Virus record (IMG/VR): IMGVR_UViG_3300017655_000019
Coordinates: 1-27,429 of that record
Source of the DNA: a virus
Taxonomy: Duplodnaviria; Caudoviricetes
Direction: 5' to 3' (one strand)
DNA: 27,429 nucleotides
The position numbers were made by a program, and so were the translations under genes. A model generated the notes under the pieces. That model had not been told where the DNA came from, searched no databases, and saw nothing but the letters and a program-made list of their open reading frames with translations. The stretch's first letter is position 1. The number at the start of each line of letters is the position of its first letter. Positions 7,495-17,199 of this stretch are shown here, one piece after another.

Positions 7495-8994
7495 CTAAGC
7501 CGGGATGCCGAGGATGTAGTAGCGGATGCCGAGGATGGGCTCTGAATCGTAGGCGTAAGAGACAACGCCCCCCTGCCACGCCGCGTAATTCTCATACCAG
7601 CGCTCAATTGGGTTTCCCCGAAACGTGTGAAAAACCGCCTGATTGGCCGAGAGCGTGCAGTACGTGCTGTCACCGCCGATGTTCGTAGACCATCCGACGT
7701 TATAATTGCCGCAGACATTGATTTTCGGCGGCCGAATTATCTTGCTCCACACCCCGCTCCGCGCACCGTGGACCGTCATCCACTTCACGATGGGAAAACA
7801 GCCGGTTCCGTTGAAATCAATGGTATGCGTCAACGTGCCCGTGCCGACTGGTATGTACCCTTCTTTCAAAATCTGAATGCAAGGCCAGCGGCTGTCGATC
7901 ACGATATCGGAAAAGTTCGGGTCAGAGCCGGCACCTGGGCGCAGGATTTGCACGACGTTCTGCCCACCTAGCTCGAATTGGCGAAGAACATCATTATCCC
8001 CAGCCGTCGGCGCGTCGGTCCCCAAAGCGTAGACCATGAAGCGCACCCGACACGCAGCGTATGGATTATTGAAGCGAATCACGCTGCCGTCGAACCAATA
8101 ATCGATACCGAACCTGTTATTCTCTCGGCTGAACACCTCGATAGGGGTCGCCGGGAGTGTGATCGTCGAGCCTTGATAAGCAAATACGTCCGCAACAGCG
8201 TTGGCCGGGATGGCGACGCCGAGGTCGTAAGAAACGGTCCCAACCGGGCAGTCGATATCCGCTGCACCGATAATCTTCGTCGGGCTGTTAGCGGTGTCGA
8301 GAGCCAGCTGTGTCGGGCGCGCGATGGTGCCGAGATCAAAGCCGGGCTTTGCCACACGGACGCCGGCACTATCGATTTCGATGACTGGCGCACCGTCTAT
8401 CGGCTCCTGCGGCGTGCCATCTATAATTGCCGTCTCGTCCCCGGGGAGGTTCCAGACAACAAGAGTCCTGGCCCCCGGCTGTCCGACGGTGACGCCCGTG
8501 AAATCGAGCCCCTGCAGAAAGGTGCCATAGTTTAGCGTTGTCTGGTACGCAGACCAATTTTCACCCCACCCTGGCCAGGAGGGAACGGTCGTCCAGTTGC
8601 CGCCTCTGCGATCATAATGATGAAGAGCTTCGTTAAACCTGACCCCGACGAAACGCCCCGTACTTATGTCCCTGAACTTCATGTCGGAAAGCGGGAGATT
8701 GTACATAAGCCCCGGGAAATGGCTATTCCTGAACGAAATGTCGGTGTTGGTCAGCGACCACGGGATAGTACGCTTCGTGTAGGTCGCCGCCGTTGAACCC
8801 GGAGGCTCCATCGTGTCCGAAGCCTTGCGCTCCATGAAATCCATGCCTGCGAGACGCAGGTCTGCCGTCCACTTCGAATTGTAGAGGAACGACCCGACAT
8901 TCGCGTCGGGCTCCTCGCCCGGATCGATATCCCCCTTGGTGATCTTGATGCAGGGCACACCCTCGTAGTCGAGGCCAATCATGGTCTGGGTCAT
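7495..8994 (-). CDS. Tail/baseplate structural protein (499 aa)
   Basis: Lies between tail tip and fibre with an ATGA overlap upstream. Beta-rich composition. Confidence 0.75.
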   Translation of the reverse strand: MTQTMIGLDYEGVPCIKITKGDIDPGEEPDANVGSFLYNSKWTADLRLAGMDFMERKASDTMEPPGSTAATYTKRTIPWSLTNTDISFRNSHFPGLMYNLPLSDMKFRDISTGRFVGVRFNEALHHYDRRGGNWTTVPSWPGWGENWSAYQTTLNYGTFLQGLDFTGVTVGQPGARTLVVWNLPGDETAIIDGTPQEPIDGAPVIEIDSAGVRVAKPGFDLGTIARPTQLALDTANSPTKIIGAADIDCPVGTVSYDLGVAIPANAVADVFAYQGSTITLPATPIEVFSRENNRFGIDYWFDGSVIRFNNPYAACRVRFMVYALGTDAPTAGDNDVLRQFELGGQNVVQILRPGAGSDPNFSDIVIDSRWPCIQILKEGYIPVGTGTLTHTIDFNGTGCFPIVKWMTVHGARSGVWSKIIRPPKINVCGNYNVGWSTNIGGDSTYCTLSANQAVFHTFRGNPIERWYENYAAWQGGVVSYAYDSEPILGIRYYILGIPA

Positions 8995-11420
8995 GATCTG
9001 AAGATCAGCCTCCCGGTATTGAGATTGAAATCGACCTTCTCGTTCTGAGAAAGCAGGCGGCCGGCACGGACGGTCCCGATGTTGGCGATCTTGAGCTTCA
9101 ACTCGCCGTCTTCGAACACAAGCGGCAGGAAGTTGTTGTCGAGATCGCCAGGATTAAGCACCACGAACCGGTCGGCCATGACGGCGAACTCGGACTGGAT
9201 ATCGCCGCCAACGTCGATAATCTGCAGGTAGAACCCGGAATCGTTCCACGCATCTCCTTCCGTCACCCGGAGCTGTACAGAAAACCGGGAAAGAGCCCCG
9301 GTCTGGTCGGCGGCTGCCGTAAAGCGGATGCGGCCCTGCGCGAAGCGGTCATCGACAGCCACTGTGACGTCGGTGATCTGCTCGGCCAACGCCTCCATAT
9401 CATTGGCGACGACAACCACCTGCTCATCGAACGCGGCCCGGTTGTTTCCGACTTCGACCGCCAACCGACGACGGGCGGAATCCGCGACTGCCCCAAGCAA
9501 TTGCTGGTTCGTCAGTATCTGATCCAGCAGCGGCCGCGTGTCGTCAAGGCCCTGCTGCAGTTCCGCAAAGCGGTCTTTGACCTCCTGTTTGAGATTGTTC
9601 AGCCCGACCTCAAGGTCGGCGTTGCCGCCGTCCAGCGACGTGACCGTCACCCACGCCGTCCAAGCGGGCTGGGCGCGCCCATCCACGACGAGACGATAGC
9701 GGAACTCATACTCCGTCAGGCTGACAATGCCCTCCTGTACGAAGGCAATGTTCGCGTCGGGTGCGACAGAACGCGTGAAGATGTTCGTCGGCTCGGCCTT
9801 GATCCGCCATTGGATCTCGATGGAAGTCACGGTCGGGTCGATGACGTCGGACCATGAGATGCGGAAGGCTGCATAAGTGCGCCCATCGGCTCCAGTGGCG
9901 ATGACGGGAATGAGCGCGTAGTCCGGCAGGTCGTTGAGATAGACCGGCTCACCCGGCGGAAGCGGAACGACGGGAGGAAGCACGCCGACGCTATCGTAGA
10001 TATCGCCAGAGCGCTCCACGAGAGAGAGCACGACGTTACGCGGCCCATCACTGGTCAGCGCCTTGATGGAGCGGCTGGAGACCATCCACACGCGATTGCC
10101 GTAGCGGGCGGAATTCCACCGGATCCAATCGCCGCCGTTGATGGTCTGGAACCGCGGCCGAACGACGATCTCTGCCGTCGCCTCGAAGCGGTTTTCCTTG
10201 TAGTAGATCGAGGCCAGCTGGTTCGCCTGCGCCTTGTAGGGAACAGTCGTGAAGTCGAGCTTGAAATCGCGTGTACGGCGGTCAAGCGCAACCTGCGTAG
10301 GGTCGGTCTGCGTATCGTAGCCGACCGGAGACCAGATATTCGACGGCTCCGGATAGGTGCCCTGCACCGAGTTCACCACGTCGGCCATGGACTTGAAGCG
10401 CTGGAACTTTACCGGCTCCGTGGTGATCAGATCATCGTCGGTGATGGTCTCGACAATCGGCTGGGCCGTACCAATGAGGGGCCATGAGCCGTCCACGCTG
10501 TCTACGATGATGCCTCCGCAGGACTGCATCACTGCGTCGATGTTGTCGCCGTGTTCCAGGTCGGCGTCGAAGATGATCGAGCAGCGGTAGCGGACGCCGT
10601 AGTCGGCGATTTCATCGCAGATATTGGCCGCGATGGCGTAGCGGTCGACGGGAAGATCGACGGGCGTCATCTCCATGCCAAGGAACACATCACCGTTGAT
10701 CGCAAAGCCACGGCGATAATTGTACTCCATGACGACCGGGTTCTCGGTGAACTCGTATGTCGAGTAGTCGCCCCAGCGATGCGGGCCATCCCCGCCGGCA
10801 GTCGAATCCTTGCGGAAATCGTAGAGGCGTGCGCCGCGAAGCTGGAAGAAGAACTCCGGGAACTGCGCCAACTTCTCCTGGTTGTAGGTCAGGAACGCAA
10901 CCAGGTAGCACATGCCTGTGCCGACGTGGTTTTCCGTCCACCGTCCGGCAGGATTGGCGCCGCTGATAAGCGTAGGATCGGCCGTCGTTTGCGTCCCGTC
11001 GTAGAACTGGAAGGAGATGAGGCCGGCATAGTCGCCGCTGTCGACGGTGAAGCGGCCGCCGCCCTGGTCGGTGATCGGCAATTCCTTGCCGCCGGCCCAG
11101 ATATTCTCCAGCCCGTCGCACGGGAAGTCCGAGAAGGCAAAGACCTGTTGCAGGTTCTTGTTCGAGCCGCCGTAGGTGTTCACGTAGCAATCATGGCCCG
11201 CAATGCCGACGCGGCCACAGGCAACCTGCCGCGATACGTTCTCGCCGTACTGGCGTTCGAACTGGACGCCGCCCGCCTGCTGCTGCGCCTTCTTCGCGCG
11301 GTTCTTTGCGATCTTGGCGCTGATGAGCTGCAGACCGATGCCGAGCACCAGCTTGCCGAATAGACCAAGCCCGCCGATGAACGAGGTAATGGCGCCGAAG
11401 ACGGGAGCGAGAAAAGGCAT
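8991..11420 (-). CDS. Tail tip / central fibre protein (lambda J / GTA megatron-like)
   Basis: 809 aa with LRGARLYDFR, ENPVVMEYNY, AANICDE, an FN3-like segment and a coiled coil before the C-terminal beta domain. Confidence 0.85.
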   Translation of the reverse strand: MPFLAPVFGAITSFIGGLGLFGKLVLGIGLQLISAKIAKNRAKKAQQQAGGVQFERQYGENVSRQVACGRVGIAGHDCYVNTYGGSNKNLQQVFAFSDFPCDGLENIWAGGKELPITDQGGGRFTVDSGDYAGLISFQFYDGTQTTADPTLISGANPAGRWTENHVGTGMCYLVAFLTYNQEKLAQFPEFFFQLRGARLYDFRKDSTAGGDGPHRWGDYSTYEFTENPVVMEYNYRRGFAINGDVFLGMEMTPVDLPVDRYAIAANICDEIADYGVRYRCSIIFDADLEHGDNIDAVMQSCGGIIVDSVDGSWPLIGTAQPIVETITDDDLITTEPVKFQRFKSMADVVNSVQGTYPEPSNIWSPVGYDTQTDPTQVALDRRTRDFKLDFTTVPYKAQANQLASIYYKENRFEATAEIVVRPRFQTINGGDWIRWNSARYGNRVWMVSSRSIKALTSDGPRNVVLSLVERSGDIYDSVGVLPPVVPLPPGEPVYLNDLPDYALIPVIATGADGRTYAAFRISWSDVIDPTVTSIEIQWRIKAEPTNIFTRSVAPDANIAFVQEGIVSLTEYEFRYRLVVDGRAQPAWTAWVTVTSLDGGNADLEVGLNNLKQEVKDRFAELQQGLDDTRPLLDQILTNQQLLGAVADSARRRLAVEVGNNRAAFDEQVVVVANDMEALAEQITDVTVAVDDRFAQGRIRFTAAADQTGALSRFSVQLRVTEGDAWNDSGFYLQIIDVGGDIQSEFAVMADRFVVLNPGDLDNNFLPLVFEDGELKLKIANIGTVRAGRLLSQNEKVDFNLNTGRLIFRS

Positions 11421-11824
11421 TATTCCACCCTGAAGGCAGCGAGGGCGGCCGTGGGCGGCAGGAAGACAATCCCCTGCTCACCGCGCACCATGAACCCAGC
11501 CGACGTGAAGACGCCGCCGGATGTCTCGCCGTTGTTGTCGTAGACGCCGATGTCCCCGCGCTGTGCCATCAGGACAGGGATTTCGGCAAAGCGCGCCGCG
11601 AAGGCGTCCCTCACTGAGCAGAAGCCGCGCTTGCGAAGCTGCTTGCCGGCGCCGGCCGGTGTCTTGTAGCGGCGGGCCGCGGCGCCATGCATAAGGTTGC
11701 CGGTGACGGCCTCTACCGCGTCGTCGGCGATGAGATAGCAGTCGGACACGCCGTACTGCGCCGGCAACGCCTGATGCTTCGCCACAACGTCGTTGAGGCG
11801 TTTCAACCAGTCTGGATGTCGCAT
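11420..11824 (-). CDS. NlpC/P60-like tail assembly protein (DUF6950-like)
   Basis: MRHPDWLKRL...YGVSDC...AVEAVTG...AQRGDIG. Position before the tail tip. Confidence 0.8.
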   Translation of the reverse strand: MRHPDWLKRLNDVVAKHQALPAQYGVSDCYLIADDAVEAVTGNLMHGAAARRYKTPAGAGKQLRKRGFCSVRDAFAARFAEIPVLMAQRGDIGVYDNNGETSGGVFTSAGFMVRGEQGIVFLPPTAALAAFRVE

Positions 11825-11829
11825 GAAAC

Positions 11830-12480
11830 CTACCTGAACAGCCCAAGGAAGCCGCGCGAGACCGATCCGGCCCACGCACCGCGATTAGGCGACGTTTGTG
11901 CACCAGATGGCCCTGCCCTGCCCCAGATCAATTCGACCCGGCCGGCAGTCGCGGCATGCTCAAAGAACATGTCGCCTTCGTCTCGCCGCTTCTGGTCAGC
12001 GATCGAGCGGTACCGCCCGTTCTTCCGGCTGTAGTCGAGTTGTCGGCCCTCGCACGTCGCCTCGATGTAGGCGCCCCCGTCCGTGCCGAAGTGATGCTGG
12101 ATCGTATCGACGTAACCGCGGGCGACCGTCTCGACCTGAAGGAGCGCGCCGGTATCCGGATGGAAATGAGCATCCATGACCCGTACCGGCCGGTCACGAT
12201 AGTCCTCGTTCTCGATTTCGGTCAGCATGGCCGGTGTGAGGCCGAAGTCCTTGCTTTCCGCCAGCCGCAGCGTGAAATTACCGTCGGCCGATGTCCCTAG
12301 GCCGCCGCCGAGGTCCGAAACCTCTATTAGGCCGAACGGCCGGTAGGTCACGCCACTATAGGTCAGAGCGTCCTTGTCGGCGATGAAGCCATAGGTGCCC
12401 GTGCCGAAATCGAACCGGATCATCTGCCGGGTTGCAATGCGCCCGGCGTCGTAAAGGTCTTTGACGTCGTTCGAGAGCAT
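11830..12480 (-). CDS. Baseplate hub / minor tail protein
   Basis: 216 aa, TAATG coupling, motifs EDYRDRPV and DQKRRDEGDMFFEH. Position after the distal tail protein. Confidence 0.75.
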   Translation of the reverse strand: MLSNDVKDLYDAGRIATRQMIRFDFGTGTYGFIADKDALTYSGVTYRPFGLIEVSDLGGGLGTSADGNFTLRLAESKDFGLTPAMLTEIENEDYRDRPVRVMDAHFHPDTGALLQVETVARGYVDTIQHHFGTDGGAYIEATCEGRQLDYSRKNGRYRSIADQKRRDEGDMFFEHAATAGRVELIWGRAGPSGAQTSPNRGAWAGSVSRGFLGLFR

Positions 12481-13097
12481 TAGGCACTCTCCACCAACTT
12501 GAACGAAACGGTATAGAACCGCCCGCTGCGGGGAGCCTGCCAGCTATCAGGCACTGGACGCATGAGAATGGCCGGCTTGGCGAAACGCACCACAGCACCC
12601 GACTGAGCGACCGTGGCGAACGGCGATGGCTCGACCGTGATCGTGCGCGTCGTGTCTGTCCCCGCCACTTCCGTGACGCGGCCGACGTAATAGCGGCTCG
12701 ATCGCTCGACTCCGATACGGTCGCCCGGTGTTAGCACGAGGCCGGCGTCAACACCGCTGACGGACAGCACGTTTCCGTCGGTGACGCTCACCAGGTTGCC
12801 AGGATCATCGGCCGGCGCATTGTCTTCCCGGTGCGCCATTGGATATCCGTTGTGCGGCTGGCGGAACAACACCGAGCGAAGGCCGCCCCGGAGCGACAGC
12901 CACCAGGCTTCCACTGCGGAGTACTCGTCGTAATCCAGCGGGCGAGTTTCGAGGGTGACTTCCCATGCCGGTGCGGCGACCTGCGTATAGTTGATCAGGC
13001 CACCGCCCGACGGCGACGCAGTAACGGTGTCCCTCAGCATGAGGTCGCAAGTTACATACCCAACGTCAGGGATGGGGCGCGGGAAGGTGATTGCCAT
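12480..13097 (-). CDS. Distal tail protein-like
   Basis: 205 aa immediately after the tape measure (TGATG overlap). Motif EAWWLSLRGG. Confidence 0.75.
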   Translation of the reverse strand: MAITFPRPIPDVGYVTCDLMLRDTVTASPSGGGLINYTQVAAPAWEVTLETRPLDYDEYSAVEAWWLSLRGGLRSVLFRQPHNGYPMAHREDNAPADDPGNLVSVTDGNVLSVSGVDAGLVLTPGDRIGVERSSRYYVGRVTEVAGTDTTRTITVEPSPFATVAQSGAVVRFAKPAILMRPVPDSWQAPRSGRFYTVSFKLVESA

Positions 13098-15298
13098 CAG
13101 AGGCCCCGCCGCTTCTGCGCATTCTGCACCGTCGATACGATCTGGTTGGGCAGCTCCGCCTTGAGTGATGCCAACTGCCGTTCCACTCGCGCCAGACCCG
13201 CCGCGTCGGCGCCGGTGGCGTCGATCTTGATCTCGACCGGGGCATTGATGGTGGTCCCCTGCCCGCTTCGACCGTTGTCGTTCACCCCGCGAAGCTGATG
13301 GTTCGGTATGACCTTCTCACCACCCTTGAAGCGGACGAGTTCTGGCCCCTCCTCACCGACCATAGCCAGGCCGGCGCGCGCCGAGGCCGTGCCGTCTGCA
13401 TAGAGACCGATACCACCGGCGGACGCGATGCTGAACTGCGAGCCGCCCCCGAACAACCCGCCAAAGATGGTTCCGAGAAGACCACCGCTCCCGCTTCCAG
13501 CATTGCCGACCTTGAAGATGGCATCCATCACGTCGCCGAGCAGTTTGTCGGTGATGCGATCGAGAACGTTGAGCGCAGCATTGCCGAACGACTTCCAGAA
13601 GCCCTCGCCGTTTTTCAGGCCGTTGCGCAGGTCGTTGACGAAACCGAGCGCCGTGTTTTTGACGAAGTTCATCGCCTCCTGGGCTTTGCGGGTCGCTTCG
13701 GTGAGCCTGTTCTGCTCGACGACCGCCTGCGCATACGCCTCAGACTGCGCGCCTATCTGCGCGATAAGCTGAGGCGTCATGGCCTTCTTGTCCTTCTCGG
13801 CAGCGAGCAAGAGGTCCGTCTCGACCTTCGCCTTCGCTACAGCATAGCCATAGTCATTGACGAGCGGGTTGAGGGATGACTGGGCCGTCGTCTGCGCCTG
13901 CAATGCGCGAGTCTGCTCGGCAATGGACCGCGTTGCGGAATCGTATGAGCTTTCCTTCTTCGCACGCGGCGTCTTTACCCAGTCCATGCCATCAAGCTCG
14001 ATAAGCGGCCGGCGCTGTGGCGTTGCTGGAACGCGCGGCACGAAGCTGTTGGTCGAACGGACCGCGCCACCATTGTCTCGGAACGTCGCCGACTGGATGG
14101 TGTCCTGCAACTTACTCTGGACGGCGGACGCCGAGTTGACGACGCTGGCAACGTCTTCCGCGGTCTTTCGAGCGGCGTTGGCGAGTTCTTCCAGCAGCGA
14201 AATCATGCTTGCGACGGCGGGGTTTGCGTTATTCTCGATCCCGGTGCGCAGGAGACCCATGGCATTAGTAAGCTCGCCGGAGGCATCCTTCCCTTCGCCG
14301 ATCTTGACGATCGCGGCTTCGAGGGCGCGCTGATAGGTCGAGATAACAACAGGATCTTCACCGCCCTGAGACAACATGCTCACGAGGTCGGCCGTCTCGA
14401 TCTTGATCTGCTCGATTACGGTGCCAACATTGCGGAGCTTGTCCGCCTTCACGATGTCGATCGCGGACAGAAGCTCGGCCTGCTCGCGGGCGCGGATGAT
14501 CTCATCGTTGTATTTCTTGATGGCGGGATACGCCTCGCCCCAGCGCTCTGCAACGCGCGCGACTAGGGCTTCCTGCTTCTGAAGCACCTCCTCGCTTTCA
14601 GAGCCGCGGTTCCAAAGCTCGGAGAAGTATGAGATCGCGGCGGTACCGAGAAGCACGAATCCAGTCGTGATCAGGCCGAGCGGGCTGATGAAGCTCGCGA
14701 GCGTCGACCTGAGGGCCGTCATAACGCCCGTCAGCCGTCCACCGTACATCGTCACCTGAGGAAGCTGCTGGGCCAAGAGCATGAACGGCGACTGACCCAT
14801 TGCCATCATCGTCGCGATGTCCTGGAACTGGAAAGCGATGTTTTTGACCTGCATCTGAGCTTGGCCGGCGGTTTGCGCAATAACGCGCGACTGGGCATTT
14901 CCGGCTGCTGCGGCGTTGTTCGCCATCTGCGCGGCCTTCAACGAAGCGGTGGCCTGTTGCTGATTTGCTTTCGCCGCGGCCAGAGAAGCGTTCACCGATT
15001 CAAGGTCGGCCCGGGCCGCTGCGGTGACAGCCTTTGCCTTTTGGAGCGCTGCCTGAGCGGCCTTCATATCCTCATCAGATGTTGAGTTTGTTGCCCGAGC
15101 GGCAGCCAGTGCGGCAGCAGACTGAGCCTGATACCCCTTGGCAGCGGCCAGTGCCGCACGGGCGGCATTCTGCTGAGAGGAAAGTCCGGCGACAGCCTGC
15201 TCGGCAACCTTCGCGGCATTGGTGAGCTTGTTGAGGTCATTCGTGGCGGCCTTAACCGACCCCGACTGCACCTCAAGACCGAGCTGGGCAATATCCAT
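13097..15298 (-). CDS. Tape measure protein (733 aa)
   Basis: Ala-rich and helical, with NIAFQFQDIATMMAMGQSPF (lambda-like TMP) and YADG...MVGEEGPEL. AGAGG RBS before ATG15298. Confidence 0.92.
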   Translation of the reverse strand: MDIAQLGLEVQSGSVKAATNDLNKLTNAAKVAEQAVAGLSSQQNAARAALAAAKGYQAQSAAALAAARATNSTSDEDMKAAQAALQKAKAVTAAARADLESVNASLAAAKANQQQATASLKAAQMANNAAAAGNAQSRVIAQTAGQAQMQVKNIAFQFQDIATMMAMGQSPFMLLAQQLPQVTMYGGRLTGVMTALRSTLASFISPLGLITTGFVLLGTAAISYFSELWNRGSESEEVLQKQEALVARVAERWGEAYPAIKKYNDEIIRAREQAELLSAIDIVKADKLRNVGTVIEQIKIETADLVSMLSQGGEDPVVISTYQRALEAAIVKIGEGKDASGELTNAMGLLRTGIENNANPAVASMISLLEELANAARKTAEDVASVVNSASAVQSKLQDTIQSATFRDNGGAVRSTNSFVPRVPATPQRRPLIELDGMDWVKTPRAKKESSYDSATRSIAEQTRALQAQTTAQSSLNPLVNDYGYAVAKAKVETDLLLAAEKDKKAMTPQLIAQIGAQSEAYAQAVVEQNRLTEATRKAQEAMNFVKNTALGFVNDLRNGLKNGEGFWKSFGNAALNVLDRITDKLLGDVMDAIFKVGNAGSGSGGLLGTIFGGLFGGGSQFSIASAGGIGLYADGTASARAGLAMVGEEGPELVRFKGGEKVIPNHQLRGVNDNGRSGQGTTINAPVEIKIDATGADAAGLARVERQLASLKAELPNQIVSTVQNAQKRRGL

Positions 15299-15356
15299 GG
15301 GTTTACCTCTGGTCGAATCGCGAAGTATCGTCCCGCCGCAACTGGAGGAAGCCCAC

Positions 15357-15653
15357 ATGAGCGAAGGACTGAAATTCTTGATGATCACGACGTGCGTGGT
15401 CGTTATTGCCGCTGCCGGCTACTTTGTATGGGCGGACAGAAGCGACCGAGCCGCATTGGCGGACGCGGCCAAAGCAAGCGTTGAGCGATCTGCTCTGAGG
15501 GATTCCTGCCGAACACGAGTGGAGACGATCGACCAAGGGAAGCTCAGCGGTGACGACATCCTCGTCCTTCAGGACTGTGTTTCGAGCGGCGTGATGTCAG
15601 GCGATGAGATGAAGCGATCGATTGCCAAGCGCAATGAGCGACTAGGCGGATGA
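15357..15653 (+). CDS. Antisense moron: small membrane-anchored protein (98 aa)
   Basis: GGAGG RBS before ATG15357. N-terminal TM (FLMITTCVVVIAAAGYFVW) and two downstream Cys. Fills the gap between chaperone and TMP. Confidence 0.75.
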   Translation: MSEGLKFLMITTCVVVIAAAGYFVWADRSDRAALADAAKASVERSALRDSCRTRVETIDQGKLSGDDILVLQDCVSSGVMSGDEMKRSIAKRNERLGG

Positions 15654-16052
15654 TCACGGCCGCTTGTTCGCCTCGCGCTGCGCGGCACGCTCTTTGGAGA
15701 GGGCGCTGAGATATCCGTCGTCCATCAGGAGGATGACAGATATCTCCTCACGGAGAACAATCTCTCCGGTGGTTTCCGACCACGCGCGGATTTCCGGGTA
15801 GGTTAGCGCCAGAGGGCCATCCATGCCCTGCATGCGCCGCCCAGAGAGGTGCCAGAACCATTCCCAGAGGTGTTCGCCCTCCTCTGGGATATCCGGCTCC
15901 TGGATAAGTGCCTCCTGTCCGAACCGCTCATACATCTCGCGTTTCGAGACGACGTCCTTGCCTTCCCGGCCACGATCAAGTTCGTAGCCGGGCGTCTCGA
16001 ATTCGACCGTGACGGCGACGGCGAGCTTTAGGCGCTCGCCGAGTTGACGAAA
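15654..16052 (-). CDS. Tail assembly chaperone, second (-1 frameshift) part, lambda gpT analogue
   Basis: Frame is open from the slippery site through FRQLGERLKLAV... into MYERFGQ...HLWEWFWHL... Confidence 0.8.
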   Translation of the reverse strand, partial: FRQLGERLKLAVAVTVEFETPGYELDRGREGKDVVSKREMYERFGQEALIQEPDIPEEGEHLWEWFWHLSGRRMQGMDGPLALTYPEIRAWSETTGEIVLREEISVILLMDDGYLSALSKERAAQREANKRP

Positions 16053-16414
16053 AAAGCGGCTTCGTCTCCCAGCGCCTGGTCGATCTGCTTGGCGATAGCC
16101 GGCACGGCGAGAAGCTTGCGCTTGTTAGCGTCGGTGCAGGCAGGCTTCTTGTCGCCGCCAAGATTGGCATCGCCGGAGAAGGTCCACGAGACGATTGCCG
16201 CCGACAGGAGCGCCGTCGTGTTGTCGTCGATCTTCTCAGCCGACACAGCGTTTCGGCCGGATTTCAGCGCGCGGTTCTTGATGCCGCGCTCGACCGCCTT
16301 CACCTCGTCGCTCTCAAGGCTGCGCAACTCGACCGTAACGCCGAGGGGGGCACCGGTTGCCGGATGCTTGAGATCAACGGTCAAGGTGTTCGGCTGAAGA
16401 GAGAGAATATCCAT
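16028..16414 (-). CDS. Tail assembly chaperone, lambda gpG analogue
   Basis: 128 aa after the tail tube gene, LKHPATG motif, ends AAFF at a slippery heptamer. Confidence 0.85.
   Translation of the reverse strand: MDILSLQPNTLTVDLKHPATGAPLGVTVELRSLESDEVKAVERGIKNRALKSGRNAVSAEKIDDNTTALLSAAIVSWTFSGDANLGGDKKPACTDANKRKLLAVPAIAKQIDQALGDEAAFFVNSASA
16049..16055 (-). other. Programmed -1 ribosomal frameshift site T TTT TTC
   Basis: X XXY YYZ heptamer in the correct phase. The -1 frame is the frame of ORF 15654..15935 with no intervening stop. Confidence 0.8.
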
Positions 16415-16425
16415 GAGCGCTGTCC

Positions 16426-17184
16426 TTATTCAGCGATGACGGCAGAGGTGGCGGCAGTCTCGGCCGTATCCGAACCCGCGCCGTTCGTGGCGGTGACGAC
16501 GCAGGTCAGCGTGTCGCCGATATCGCCGACCACGGGAACGTAGGTGCTGGACGTCGCACCGGAGATTGGCGCGCCTTCCGCTTCCCACTGATAGGAGAAG
16601 GTGATGCCGGCGCCAGTCCAAGTGCCGTTCGATACGGTGAGAGTCTGCCCCACCTGGGCCGTGCCGGTGATAGCCGGGACAACCGTGTTGACAGGCGGGG
16701 TCAGAGCAGCCGGATCAACGGTGACCGGTTTCTGGTCAGAGAAGCCGATGGTAAAGGATTCGCGCACGAAATCGTCGGTCGAGCCGCCGAGACGCTGCGG
16801 TCCCATGACCGGCCCGGCCGCATAGACGATGGTGTTCGTGTGATCCTCGCTAGGGGCGTCGGCGTATTCGAGCTTCACCGCCCAATTATATTTCGTGTTT
16901 CCTGCCGCGCGGAGCTGCGCCTGCCCTTCGTCGTCGAAGACGCGCGCAACCTCGATGGTCAGGTCGCCAGCATCTTCGACGCCTTTTGCCTTCGATGAAA
17001 CCTGAGTATCCAACGTGCTGTACGAGATCACGTTGGGGCTCACGCCGTAATCGCCGAGGTTGCCGATATGGCCCACCTCTTTGTAGGTCAGCGCGGCGAA
17101 AGCGGACTCGGTGAGCGGGAAGGAGACAGAGGTCGTGCTGATATAGACCTTCGTGCCCTGAAGCGTGGTTTTGATGCCGGCCAT
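16426..17184 (-). CDS. Major tail tube protein with C-terminal Ig-like domain
   Basis: KAKGVEDAG and DDEGQAQL tube motifs. C-terminal PVNTVVPAITGTAQVGQTLT...YQW...VTATN Ig-like repeat. Confidence 0.88.
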   Translation of the reverse strand: MAGIKTTLQGTKVYISTTSVSFPLTESAFAALTYKEVGHIGNLGDYGVSPNVISYSTLDTQVSSKAKGVEDAGDLTIEVARVFDDEGQAQLRAAGNTKYNWAVKLEYADAPSEDHTNTIVYAAGPVMGPQRLGGSTDDFVRESFTIGFSDQKPVTVDPAALTPPVNTVVPAITGTAQVGQTLTVSNGTWTGAGITFSYQWEAEGAPISGATSSTYVPVVGDIGDTLTCVVTATNGAGSDTAETAATSAVIAE

Positions 17185-17199
17185 AGCTCGGTCCTTTCG

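Noticed and set aside
14900-15230. Ala/Lys/Gln-rich quasi-repeats at the start of the tape measure gene
   Set aside because: Ordinary low-complexity helical TMP sequence with no exact DNA repeat unit seen.
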